Shown one piece after another: positions 18,372-27,534 of a stretch of DNA of 64,000 nucleotides. Position 1 is the stretch's first letter. Each line of letters starts with the position of its first letter. Below the pieces are notes generated by a model, which worked only from the letters and a program-made list of their open reading frames with translations, searched no databases and was not told where the DNA came from. A program made the position numbers and the translations under genes. This DNA is from an uncultured Actinomycetota bacterium (GTDB taxonomy: Bacteria; Actinomycetota; Actinomycetes; Streptosporangiales; Streptosporangiaceae). The stretch is from contig CAVTIR010000009.1 of assembly GCA_963734665.1 (NCBI GenBank), positions 12,498 through 76,497 of the forward strand, in the 5' to 3' direction.

Positions 18372-20018
18372 ATGGCGGAGACCATTGGCACGGAGGCTGA
18401 CGAGCAGGCGAGCGCCGACACGCCGATCACGGGTGTCACGGTTTTCACGGACGGTGCGCGGGTGACACGCGCCGGCCTCGCAGCGGTTCAGCCGGGCGTG
18501 CGGCCTGTGGTGGTCGCCAGCCTCCCGGAAAGCGCCGACCCGTCGTCTGTCCGGGTCGCCGCAAGAGGACACGAGCTGACCCTGCTCAACGTCGAAGTGC
18601 AGCGCCGCGTTGGCACCGAGCCGGGGCGGGCGTCGCTTGCCCAGTTGCGGGCGGACGTCGAGCGCTGCCGCGACGCGGTCAAGGAACTCGACGACGCCGA
18701 CGAGGCGGAGCGGGCCGGGCTCGGCTTCCTCGGCCACCTGTCAGAAGCGGCGGCGACCTCGCTTGCCAGGGCGCTGAGCTCGGGGCGGGCCGGCTACGAC
18801 GAGTTGGCCGGGATGGCGGGCCACTTGTCGGCGTCGACCGCGACCGCGCTCGGCAGGCGGCGCGAGATCGCCGCCCGCAAGCGGGACGCGCAGCAGGAAC
18901 TCAACGCGGCGGTGGAGCGCCTCGCCGGCGCCGAGCAGCCCGGCGAGCCTGTCGTGTTCACCGAGGTCTCGGTGCTCCTAGAGGCGGTGACGGCCACCGA
19001 GGCCGAGATCGAGCTGACCTACCACGTGGCCGGGGCATCCTGGCGCCCGCTGTACGACCTGATGCTTGCGGGGGAGCAGCTGAAGGTCTCCTACCTTGCC
19101 GAGATCACCCAGCAGACCGGCGAAGACTGGCCGGAGGTCACGCTGGTCCTGTCCACGACGCGGCAGGGGCTGCGCCAGACGCTGCCCGAGCTCCACCCGT
19201 GGTACATCGGCCGCCCCCAGCCGCCCCGCTGGACGGCGGCAGCGCTCAAGTCATCACCAGGCGAGGCGATGCCGTTGGCCGGCGGATCCTCGCCGGAAGA
19301 AACCTTCGGCGGGCAGGCACCGACGCCGGCACCGGCGCGGGCCGGCGCGTTCGCGGCAGCGCGCCCCCGGGCCAAGGTGCTTGCCGCCGAGCCCGGCCAC
19401 AGCGAGTCCGGTGCCGGACTCGTCTACACGGTGGCCCGCCCGCTGGCCGTGCCAGGCGACGGCGGCCCGCACAAGACCCTGGTCGCGCAGTTCGACGCGG
19501 ACGCGAACCTCGACTACCTCACGGTTCCCGTGCTCGCCCCGGAGGCCTACCTGCGTGCCACCGTCACCAACGGCGGGCTCCTCCTGCTGCCCGGCCAGGC
19601 CCGAATCTTCCACGGCCCGCAGTTCGTCGGCGAGACGTACCTGGACTCGGTCGCCCCAGGCGAGGAGTTCGAGGTCCAGCTCGGCGTCGACGACCAGGTC
19701 AAGGTCGAGCGCAAGCTGCGCCGCCGCACCACGAGCAAGGCCGTCCTCGGCAGCACTAGGACGATCGACATCGCCTACGAGATCACGGTGGAGAACCACC
19801 GCGATCGCAAGGCCACCGTCAGCGTCCACGACCACATCCCGGTCTCCACCGACGGGGACATCAAGGTGAAGCCCCGCGAGACGACCCCGGCTCCGGACAG
19901 CGCCGATGACCTGGGCGAGCTCACCTGGACCCTGGTCCTGCCGCCGGGGGAGTCGTCAGCGGTCCGCCACCGCTTCACGGTCGAGCACCCGGCTCAGGTC
20001 CCGGTCACCGGACTGTAA
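18372..20018 (+). CDS. DUF4140/DUF4139 (MuiA-like) protein
   Basis: ITGVTVFTDGARVTR, ASWRPLYDL, QQTGEDW..V.LVLST, LLPGQARIF, LGVDDQV. Confidence 0.88.
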   Translation: MAETIGTEADEQASADTPITGVTVFTDGARVTRAGLAAVQPGVRPVVVASLPESADPSSVRVAARGHELTLLNVEVQRRVGTEPGRASLAQLRADVERCRDAVKELDDADEAERAGLGFLGHLSEAAATSLARALSSGRAGYDELAGMAGHLSASTATALGRRREIAARKRDAQQELNAAVERLAGAEQPGEPVVFTEVSVLLEAVTATEAEIELTYHVAGASWRPLYDLMLAGEQLKVSYLAEITQQTGEDWPEVTLVLSTTRQGLRQTLPELHPWYIGRPQPPRWTAAALKSSPGEAMPLAGGSSPEETFGGQAPTPAPARAGAFAAARPRAKVLAAEPGHSESGAGLVYTVARPLAVPGDGGPHKTLVAQFDADANLDYLTVPVLAPEAYLRATVTNGGLLLLPGQARIFHGPQFVGETYLDSVAPGEEFEVQLGVDDQVKVERKLRRRTTSKAVLGSTRTIDIAYEITVENHRDRKATVSVHDHIPVSTDGDIKVKPRETTPAPDSADDLGELTWTLVLPPGESSAVRHRFTVEHPAQVPVTGL

Positions 20019-20025
20019 GGCAGCC

Positions 20026-20236
20026 TTGACCGCAGCCACAGCGCGAGGCAGCGCAGGTTCTGCGTTGCCTCCTACAGCAACCAGAGGGCTCTAACCTCAG
20101 CCGCAGCGCGAGGGCCGCCGCGGTTTGTGCGGCGTTCCCGTGGGGGGCTATGGGGGGCGAAGCCCTCCATGATCGGGTGCAGGGGGGTCGTCCCACCGCG
20201 GGGAGCACAGCAGGGGGTCGTCCCCCCGTGGACAAC
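20026..20236 (-). repeat. Composite element homologous to the second mutM insertion
   Basis: Reverse complement aligns with about 49680-49900 (module A variants, GGGCTTCGCCCCCCATAGCCCCCC, GCTGTGGCTG.GGTTA units). Confidence 0.85.
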
Positions 20237-20289
20237 ACGGTAACCTAGCTGCGCGAGTGGGCGTTGGCTGCGGCAGGAGTGGCTGATTC

Positions 20290-20613
20290 ATGGATGATCA
20301 GGCGGCGCAGGTCGTCGTGGTGCTGCCAGCGGAGATCGACGTCACCAATTCCGAGCAGGTCTACCGGCAGCTGGTCGCGGCCGTGGCACCGGGCGTGCAC
20401 ACGGTGATCGCGGACATGACGTCAACGGTCTTCTGCGATTCCTCAGGTGTGCACGCGATCATGCACGCCTACGAGAGTGCCGCCGCGCGCGACGTCCGGA
20501 CACTACTGGCCGTGTCGCCTGCCAGCTCGGTGCGCCGCGTGCTTGAGCTGATCGGCGTCGGCCGTCTCATGCCGGTGTACGCGAGCCTTCAGGAAGCCCT
20601 GGACGCGGCCTAG
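20290..20613 (+). CDS. STAS anti-sigma-factor antagonist (RsbV-like)
   Basis: LPAEIDV, DMTSTVFCDSSG, VRRVLEL. Confidence 0.9.
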   Translation: MDDQAAQVVVVLPAEIDVTNSEQVYRQLVAAVAPGVHTVIADMTSTVFCDSSGVHAIMHAYESAAARDVRTLLAVSPASSVRRVLELIGVGRLMPVYASLQEALDAA

Positions 20614-22184
20614 CCCGTCCTGTGGACCGCGATCAACGCTACGTCGTCTTCCCTGGGGCCGAAGAGCGACATCACGTGATTGGCGAATGCCTCGACGTCC
20701 TGGTTGGCGGCTTCGGCCGCGGCGACGCGCAGCTTTTCCAGGTTGTCGTCAAGCAGGACTCTGCGATCCTCGACAAGGCCGTCGGTAAAGAGCAGGGCGG
20801 TGCCGCCGACGGGCAGGATGGCAGTCTCGACGTGCGGCTCATGGCGGGCCAGGCCGAGCAGGAGCCCTCCTTCGCCGACGTAGTCCGCCCCGGTATCGTC
20901 AGCAAGCAGCAGCGGCATGTGCCCGCAGTTGACGATCGTGAGCTCACCGGTTGTCGGGTCGGCGAGCACCAGGCACAAGGTGGCGATGATGCCCGGGTGG
21001 AAGCGCCGCAGCACTTCGTTGACCAGGGCGGTAATCGCCAGCGGTGGGTGCCCTTCGCTGACGAAGGCGCGCAGCGCGTGCCGCAGCTCCCCCATCACGG
21101 TCGCGGCGGCCAGCGAGTGCCCCTGCACGTCGCCGATGGCGACAAGCACCCCGTCCCGCCACGGCAGCGCCTCGTAGAAGTCGCCGCCGACCTCGGCCTG
21201 GTCGCTCGCGGGCAGGTAGCGAGAGGCCATCAGCATGCCAGGAATCGCCGGCAGCGCCGCGGGCAGGAAGCTCCGCTGCAAGGTCAGCGCCACTAGGTGA
21301 TCTTCCGCCGACGAGCGCAGGGCCTCGACGCCAACCGCGACCGACTGGGCGAGCTGCCGGAGGATCTGCATATCCTCGTCGCCGGAAATGCTCGCGCGGT
21401 CAACCGCGATGGCCACGGGCGGCTTGCCGGGTTTGGTTCGTGTGACGGCCAGGCAAGCATCCGTCCGCAACGTGCTGTCGGGCACGATGCCGAGCCAGTC
21501 GTCCGAGCGGACGGTCGCGATCCCGCTCGCCTGCCCGGGACCGAGCACAAGGCCCGCGACTCGCCCCGCCAGGCCGGGAGGGCCGCCGCGCCGTACCGTG
21601 CCGGGGCTACCAGGGCTGGCCGAGGTCCTGCGGGACTGGCCGTCGGGCATCTCCAGGGTCAGGATGGCATGAGCGGCGAAGATCCTGGCGGCGCCGGCCG
21701 CCGCCGCTGCCGCCAGCCCGTCGAAGGTCTCCGCCGCGTTGATGTCGAGGGACACGCTGGCCAGCTCGCTCAGCATGGCCGCGGTCCGCTCCGCGCGCTG
21801 CCGCGCACGGAAGTAGCGAAGCGCCGCCGTTACCGTGGCGAGAAGCTCCGCTGGCTCGGTTGGCTCGACTAGGTAGGCGTCTGCCCCCTGGGTCAGGCCG
21901 TGGGCGCGGTCGGCGACGTCCACGGCGGTGGCGGACACCTGGATCACCGGGATGGCAGCCGTCTGCGGGTCTGACTTGATCAGCCGGCAGACCTCGAAAC
22001 CGCTCATATCGGGCAGGTTCACGTCGAGCAGGACCAGTTCGGCGACGCCAACCTTGCTGAGCGCCTCCTGCCCGGTAGTGACCTCGGTCACGGTGTGGCC
22101 CGCCCGCCGCAGCCAGGTCGCGAGCACGTAGCGCTTGGCCACGTCGTCGTCCACGAGCAGCAGGTTTCCTGCGAGCTCGCTCAT
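20610..22184 (-). CDS. Response-regulator receiver fused to SpoIIE/PP2C phosphatase
   Basis: LLVDDD, LLDVNLPDMSG; LQRSFLP, VGGDFY, IGDVQGH, FTDGLVE, EDDVA. Confidence 0.93.
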   Translation of the reverse strand: MSELAGNLLLVDDDVAKRYVLATWLRRAGHTVTEVTTGQEALSKVGVAELVLLDVNLPDMSGFEVCRLIKSDPQTAAIPVIQVSATAVDVADRAHGLTQGADAYLVEPTEPAELLATVTAALRYFRARQRAERTAAMLSELASVSLDINAAETFDGLAAAAAAGAARIFAAHAILTLEMPDGQSRRTSASPGSPGTVRRGGPPGLAGRVAGLVLGPGQASGIATVRSDDWLGIVPDSTLRTDACLAVTRTKPGKPPVAIAVDRASISGDEDMQILRQLAQSVAVGVEALRSSAEDHLVALTLQRSFLPAALPAIPGMLMASRYLPASDQAEVGGDFYEALPWRDGVLVAIGDVQGHSLAAATVMGELRHALRAFVSEGHPPLAITALVNEVLRRFHPGIIATLCLVLADPTTGELTIVNCGHMPLLLADDTGADYVGEGGLLLGLARHEPHVETAILPVGGTALLFTDGLVEDRRVLLDDNLEKLRVAAAEAANQDVEAFANHVMSLFGPREDDVALIAVHRTG

Positions 22185-23812
22185 CGTGGCACCTGGCTGA
22201 CGCGGCGGATGGCGAAGGCCAGCCGCTCCCTGGTGAGCTCTTCCTTGCGCAGCAGCGCCGCGGCGCGCGGCGGGGCCGCCACGTCGAGTCCGGTGATGAC
22301 GATCGCGGGCAGGGCAGCCGGCAGCCGCTCAAGCAGCGTGGCCCCGTCCACGCCAGGCATCCTCAGGTCGGCGAGAACGAGGTCGACGCGACCGGTGGCG
22401 ACAGCGGACAGTGCCTGCGCGCCGTCCTCGGCCTCGATGAGCCGGTCAGCGATGCCGGCAAGCATCGATTTCACCAACTGGCGGAAGCCCGCGTCGTCGT
22501 CCGCGATGACGACCGTGCCGACGGACGGGGGCCCGTGCGGAAGGCTGAGGACTGCTGTGGTCCCCTGGCCGGCCTCGCTGGTCAGCGTCAGCTCGCCGCC
22601 TAGCAGCCTGGAGAGCAACCGGGCGTAGGGGAGCCCGAGGCCCGTGCCGCCCCGCCCGGCGCCAGGCACCTGGTAGAACTCCTCGAACACGCGCTCAAGC
22701 TGCCCGGGAGGGATCCCGGTGCCGGTGTCTGAGACCTGAAGGTCTATCTTCCCGGGGACGGTACGCACGGTCAGCCGCACCTCGCCGCTGTCGGTGTACT
22801 TGATCGCGTTGGACAACAGGTTGCGCAGGATGGCGGTCAGCGCCATCTCGTCGGTCAGGATCGTGGCGGGTGCCCCCTGGGCGCTGACCACCACGTCCAC
22901 TGGCTTGCCCTGGGCCATCGGCTGGGTTAGCCCGCGCAGCGTGGCGAGCAGCGCGGGCAGGCCAACCTCCGCGGGGTTGACGACGAACTGCCCCGACTCG
23001 GCCTTGGCGACGTCAAGGAGGTCGTTGACCAGGGTGAGCAGCGTCCCCGCAGTGCTCCTGATCAGCCCCACCTGGTACGACTGCTCGGAGTCGAGGGCGC
23101 CCGCCGGGTCGGCGAGCAGCCGGGCCAGCCCGATGATCGAGTTCAGCGGCGTCCGCAGCTCGTGGCTGACGTTGGCCCAGAACCGGTTCTTGGAGTCCGA
23201 TGCCGCCCGCAACTGCTCGGACTTCTCGTCCAGTTCCCTGTACAGCGCGACCACGCCGCGGTTGGTCTGCTCAAGCTCGTCGGACAGCTCGTTGTACAGG
23301 GCCATCACGCCGCGGTTAGTCTCTTGCAGTTCGGCGTTGAGCAGCAGGAGCTGCTCTTTCTGCTGGGTAACGTCCTCAAGCGCCGCGATGAGATCCTGGT
23401 TGTTACGTCGCAATTCGTCCAGCGTGGACTCCGGAAGCAAAGCCGCCAGCCGCTCGCGGACAGCATGGAGATCGGGAGTGACATGTTGCGGTCGCCGTTT
23501 CGCCATCAGGACAACCTGCCCGTCGGCCATGGCTGTGTCCATCAGGCGGGCGGCCGCGACGATGCCCTCCTCAGGCGGCTCGCCGTTGACGGTCACGGTC
23601 AGCACGAGGCGTGTCTTGTCCGCTCCGAACGCGATGACGGCGGTCTGTCCGACGGTGATCGCGCTTCGGCTTATCTCGCTGAGCGCGGTGGCGACCCGGA
23701 CCTGGTCCCGGTCGTCCATGCCGAGCCCCGCGGCCAGCTCGCGGCCGAGCCGGCGCGCGGCGAAGACGCCAGGCAGGTCCCGGACGTGCAAGCTGGCAAG
23801 TTCATCTGTCAT
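22181..23812 (-). CDS. Hybrid sensor histidine kinase with N-terminal RsbT-like domain and C-terminal receiver
   Basis: DQVRVATALSEISR; coiled-coil repeats ELQETNRGV/ELEQTNRGV; SHELRTPL, NLLSNAIKYT, GTGLGL, REC domain. Confidence 0.92.
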   Translation of the reverse strand: MTDELASLHVRDLPGVFAARRLGRELAAGLGMDDRDQVRVATALSEISRSAITVGQTAVIAFGADKTRLVLTVTVNGEPPEEGIVAAARLMDTAMADGQVVLMAKRRPQHVTPDLHAVRERLAALLPESTLDELRRNNQDLIAALEDVTQQKEQLLLLNAELQETNRGVMALYNELSDELEQTNRGVVALYRELDEKSEQLRAASDSKNRFWANVSHELRTPLNSIIGLARLLADPAGALDSEQSYQVGLIRSTAGTLLTLVNDLLDVAKAESGQFVVNPAEVGLPALLATLRGLTQPMAQGKPVDVVVSAQGAPATILTDEMALTAILRNLLSNAIKYTDSGEVRLTVRTVPGKIDLQVSDTGTGIPPGQLERVFEEFYQVPGAGRGGTGLGLPYARLLSRLLGGELTLTSEAGQGTTAVLSLPHGPPSVGTVVIADDDAGFRQLVKSMLAGIADRLIEAEDGAQALSAVATGRVDLVLADLRMPGVDGATLLERLPAALPAIVITGLDVAAPPRAAALLRKEELTRERLAFAIRRVSQVPR

Positions 23813-24825
23813 GGCTTGAGCACCAGCACTCCCGCGTCATCGCGGCGCGACCCGGCCTGGGCAAGCAGCGCGGCGGCGACCACCAGCGGGTCCCTCGCGT
23901 TCAGGCCCGGGAGCGCGGCGGGCTCCCAGCGGCCGCTTATGCCGTCCGAATGGAGGATGATCGCCGCTCCGGGCGGGACGCTGTATTCGAACTGCCTGAT
24001 GGTGCGTGCCTGATGGCCCGCGATTCCCGGTACCGAGACCATGCTCCTGCGCGTGCCGTCCGCCAGGATCACCGCCGCGACGTTGCCGAGCCCGGCGAAC
24101 CGGGCGACCTGGCCGGACGCCTGAACCACGCCAACTGCGCCACCGCGAGTGTGCGCCATCCTGCGGTGCGCGCGTTCGAGGAGCGCGGCGGGCTCGGCCA
24201 GCGGATCCTCAAGGACCGCCGCGACCGCCGCCCTCGCCGCACTCGCGGCGAGCGGGCCGTGGCCGAGGCCGTCGCACAGGACGCCGGTTACTGCAACGTC
24301 GGTCTCGGCTGCCCCGAAGACATCACCGCACTCGGTCTCCCCGGTGATCGGCCTGATCAGGCCGGCGTAGGGCACCGCGCCGGGGCGCGGTGCCGGCCAG
24401 AACCTGGCCACGAGCGCCGTGCCGTGGCCCGGCACCGAGTACAGATCACAGAAGTCCGCGAGACGCCGGATGGCGCCGAGCCCGACGCCCAGGGTGCCGC
24501 TCGTGGAATGGCCGTCGCGCAGTGCCGCCCCGACGTCACGGAGGCCGGGTCCGGCGTCGATGGTCACCATCTCGATTCCCGGCTTGCTGTCTCCCCTAGC
24601 GATCCGCAGCAGCATCGACCCCTGGCTGGCGTGCTTGTGCAGGTTGGACGCCGCCTCGGTCACCGCGAGCGTCAGCTGGTCGGTGCGGGCCTCGGGGAAC
24701 TGGAGCCGGCTGGTCAGCGCGATGGCGGCGCTGCGGCAGGCGCCGGCGGCGCTGGGATCCTCGACCCGCAGCCAGCGCAGGTCTCCTGGGGCCTGGGCGA
24801 CGAGGGACCGGTTCAACGCGACCAC
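23809..24825 (-). CDS. RsbX-like HATPase + SpoIIE phosphatase
   Basis: VTEAASNLHKHA, GTLGVGLGAI, ECGD, CDGLGHG, HSDGI, DDA. Confidence 0.88.
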   Translation of the reverse strand: MVALNRSLVAQAPGDLRWLRVEDPSAAGACRSAAIALTSRLQFPEARTDQLTLAVTEAASNLHKHASQGSMLLRIARGDSKPGIEMVTIDAGPGLRDVGAALRDGHSTSGTLGVGLGAIRRLADFCDLYSVPGHGTALVARFWPAPRPGAVPYAGLIRPITGETECGDVFGAAETDVAVTGVLCDGLGHGPLAASAARAAVAAVLEDPLAEPAALLERAHRRMAHTRGGAVGVVQASGQVARFAGLGNVAAVILADGTRRSMVSVPGIAGHQARTIRQFEYSVPPGAAIILHSDGISGRWEPAALPGLNARDPLVVAAALLAQAGSRRDDAGVLVLKP

Positions 24826-25208
24826 TTGACGACCACGACACTCGTCCCGGCGCCGGGCTTCGAGTTCAGCCGGAACTCGTCGACAAGCCGCCGCGCGCCG
24901 GACAGCCCGAGCCCGAGCCCGCTGCCGGTCGTCCAGCCGTCCGTGAGCGCCAAGTCGATGTCGGCGATGCCGGGTCCCCCGTCGGTGAAGTGCAGCTTGA
25001 CGCCGGCCCGCCCGTTCGGCGACTTGACTACCTCCACTTGGGCCAGGCCACCGCCACCGTGCACCAGCGTGTTCCGCGCGAGCTCGCTCGCGGCCGTCAC
25101 CAGCTTGGTCTGGTCCACCAGGGATAGCCCGTTCTCGGCCGCTACGGTCCGTACCTGCTGGCGCACCCGGACCACGTCGTCTCCCGACCGGATAGGCAGC
25201 TCATCCAT
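24813..25208 (-). CDS. rsbT: RsbT serine/threonine kinase (switch kinase)
   Basis: DQTKLVTAASELARN, DGGPGIAD, GLGLGLSGARRLVDEF. Confidence 0.92.
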   Translation of the reverse strand: MDELPIRSGDDVVRVRQQVRTVAAENGLSLVDQTKLVTAASELARNTLVHGGGGLAQVEVVKSPNGRAGVKLHFTDGGPGIADIDLALTDGWTTGSGLGLGLSGARRLVDEFRLNSKPGAGTSVVVVKWSR

Positions 25209-25561
25209 CAGGCTTTCCCGTTCAGGATCTCCAGGCCCTTCTCGGCGTTGAGCGCGGTGCGGACCCCGCCCATGGACAGCCCGAGTTCGGTCAGCGTGAT
25301 CGCCACCGCCGGGCGCATGCCGACGATGACCGTCTCGGCGTCGAACAGCCGCGATATCGATCCGATCATGGTCAGCATCCGGCCGATGAACGAGTCCACG
25401 ATCTCGACCGCGGTGATGTCGATGATCACCCCGCGCGCCCCGGTGGCGGCAAGCTCCTCCGCTAGGTCCTCCTGGAGGCGTATGACGCTCTCATCCTGCA
25501 GGTCAATCTGGATGGAGACGAACAGCGTCTGCCCGATCTTGAGGATCGGCACTTGGTCCAT
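25208..25561 (-). CDS. rsbS: RsbS STAS antagonist
   Basis: VPILKIG, VDSFIGR (phospho-Ser site), GMRPAVAITL. Confidence 0.92.
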   Translation of the reverse strand: MDQVPILKIGQTLFVSIQIDLQDESVIRLQEDLAEELAATGARGVIIDITAVEIVDSFIGRMLTMIGSISRLFDAETVIVGMRPAVAITLTELGLSMGGVRTALNAEKGLEILNGKA

Positions 25562-25594
25562 CAGTGAACCTTTTTCATGCTGATGCCGTCCTGC

Positions 25595-26449
25595 TCAGGC
25601 ACTCGGGGGAATTGCGGGATTAAAGAGATTCATGGGCACGACCTTCAGGCCGGCCTGACGCAGCGCGAGCGCGAGCGCATCGGCGAGCGTCGCCTTGGTC
25701 GCGATGTCGCCGAACTCGATGCCGAGCGACACGATCGTCTGCGCGACCTGCGGCCGGATGCCGGAGATCGTGCACTCCGCCCCGAGCAGGCGCGCCGCGC
25801 TGACGGTCTTGAGCAGGTGCTGCGCGACCTCGGTGTCCACCGTCGGCACGCCGGTGATGTCGATCACCGCGTGGTCGGCCCCGGTCGCCACGAGCGTGTC
25901 GAGGAGCTTCTCCATCACCAGCTGCGTGCGAGCCGAATCGAGCGTACCAACAAGCGGCACCGCGATGATGCCCTCCCACAGCCGCACGACAGGCGTGGAG
26001 AGTTCCATCATCGTGGTCACCTGGTCGGAGATGATCTGCTCTCGCGCGGCCGAGTATGCCTCGAAGGTGCCCAGGCCAAGGTTGTCGATCACGCGGGAGA
26101 AGGCGAGAAACTCGGGCAGCACCTCCGCGGCGTCCGCCATGAGCTCGTAGACGGCCTCCTTGAGGGAGAAGACCCCCAGCGCCGTCTCGGTAGGCGTGAA
26201 GCCGTCCCTGGCGCGGCTGCGCGAGAGCTCGTCCAGGGTCGCCTGAAGTTCGCCGACGGCGTGGTCGTCCGCACCGGACAGCACCCTGACGATGAGCGAG
26301 TAGAGATCGCCGAGTTCGCGTCGCACTTCATCAAGCGAGGTCCGGCCGTGCATGCCGGCGACGACCAGCTCAGCCCACCGGCCGACAACCTTGTCATGGT
26401 GGTCGCGCAAGTAGTCCGCCATGCGCTTGCTGGTATCGCCAACGTCCAT
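25595..26449 (-). CDS. rsbR: RsbR stressosome co-antagonist (N-terminal helical sensor + STAS)
   Basis: ELSTPVV, PLVGTLDSAR, IDITGVPTVDTEVA, SGIRPQVAQTIV. Confidence 0.93.
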   Translation of the reverse strand: MDVGDTSKRMADYLRDHHDKVVGRWAELVVAGMHGRTSLDEVRRELGDLYSLIVRVLSGADDHAVGELQATLDELSRSRARDGFTPTETALGVFSLKEAVYELMADAAEVLPEFLAFSRVIDNLGLGTFEAYSAAREQIISDQVTTMMELSTPVVRLWEGIIAVPLVGTLDSARTQLVMEKLLDTLVATGADHAVIDITGVPTVDTEVAQHLLKTVSAARLLGAECTISGIRPQVAQTIVSLGIEFGDIATKATLADALALALRQAGLKVVPMNLFNPAIPPSA

Positions 26450-26546
26450 GGATGTTGCTTCCTATTCGTTAGTAACTGGTTAAGATGCGTTCGCCCCAAG
26501 GCTACATCTGGGGAAGCCACGGCAGCAGTGCCTGCCGCGGCTGGTT

Positions 26547-26912
26547 CTAGCGGATGGACATGTGCATCCGGATGACCGTGCCGTCATTGCCTGAGTGCAG
26601 GTCCACCCGGTCGCAGACCTGGTGGACGAGCCAGAGGCCGTGGCCGCCGTCGGAGTCCGGCTGCGGCGGCGATGAGCCGGCCAGCGGATCCGCGATGACG
26701 CCGGCGTCGCGGATCTCGCAGACGATCTCGTCGCCATCCGACCAGATTTCCATCGACCCCGGTGACTGGGCATGCCGAACAGTGTTCCCGGCGACCTCGC
26801 TGACCGCGATCACAAAGTCGACTACGCGGTCGTCCGGCAGGCCTGCCATCCTGGCCTGCTTCTCCGCCAGGGCGCGTACCTCAGACAGATTCGTGGTGTA
26901 GACGAAGGGCAT
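26547..26912 (-). CDS. HATPase_c anti-sigma-factor-like ATP-binding protein
   Basis: AVSEVAGNTVRHA, CEIRDAG, GGHGLWLV; ATG abuts a family-1 repeat. Confidence 0.85.
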   Translation of the reverse strand: MPFVYTTNLSEVRALAEKQARMAGLPDDRVVDFVIAVSEVAGNTVRHAQSPGSMEIWSDGDEIVCEIRDAGVIADPLAGSSPPQPDSDGGHGLWLVHQVCDRVDLHSGNDGTVIRMHMSIR

Positions 26913-27010
26913 GTCTTCTCCCGGGGGAGCGACCCCCCGTACCCCCCATGCCCGCGCTGGCGGGCCCGATCGTAAGAACCGCGATCACAGGCGGCCCGCC
27001 AGCGCGGACC
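26913..27010 (+). repeat. Family-1 element (modules A+B, degenerate)
   Basis: GGGGGAGCGACCCCCCGTACCCCC, then GCTGGCGGGCC...GGCCCGCCAGC. Confidence 0.85.
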
Positions 27011-27217
27011 AGAGCCGCGGGCAACCCCGACAGCTCAATGACACGGGAGGCCACGGCCTGCCCATAGAGCGGTGCGCAGGCTAGCCGGTTCGTTCGTTGG
27101 GGACTGGTGACGTAGGGACAGAAGGCGGTCGAGTCGACTGACGTACCTGCTTCCCTGGTTGCTCGGCCGGAAACTCCAGTACCAGCGAATGCTAACCGAG
27201 GAGCGTCTTCACGGCGC

Positions 27218-27450
27218 CGCTGTTGTCTCCCGGGGGGACGACCCCCCGTACCCCCCGATGTCGCTGCTGGCGGGCCTGATCGCAAAAACCGCGATCGTAT
27301 CAGGCCCGCCAGCAGCGACGAAGCACCGTACGGCTGTCTCTCGGGGGGAGGACTGCTGTCTTCCGGGGGACGACCCCCGGTACCCCCCATGTCCGCGCTG
27401 GCGGGCCTGACCGCAAAACCGCGATCGCAAGCGGCCCGCTGGCAGCGACG
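27218..27450 (+). repeat. Two family-1 elements (A+B, A+B)
   Basis: GGGGGGACGACCCCCCGTACCCCCCG and GGCGGGCCTGATCGCAAAAACCGCGATCGTATCAGGCCCGCC. Confidence 0.9.
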
Positions 27451-27534
27451 AAGCGCGCCGCAGTGGCTATCCGATTAGCCGACGAGGCGCCCCGTGGGGG
27501 CTAGCCGACGAGGCGCCTCACTGTTGCTATCCAA

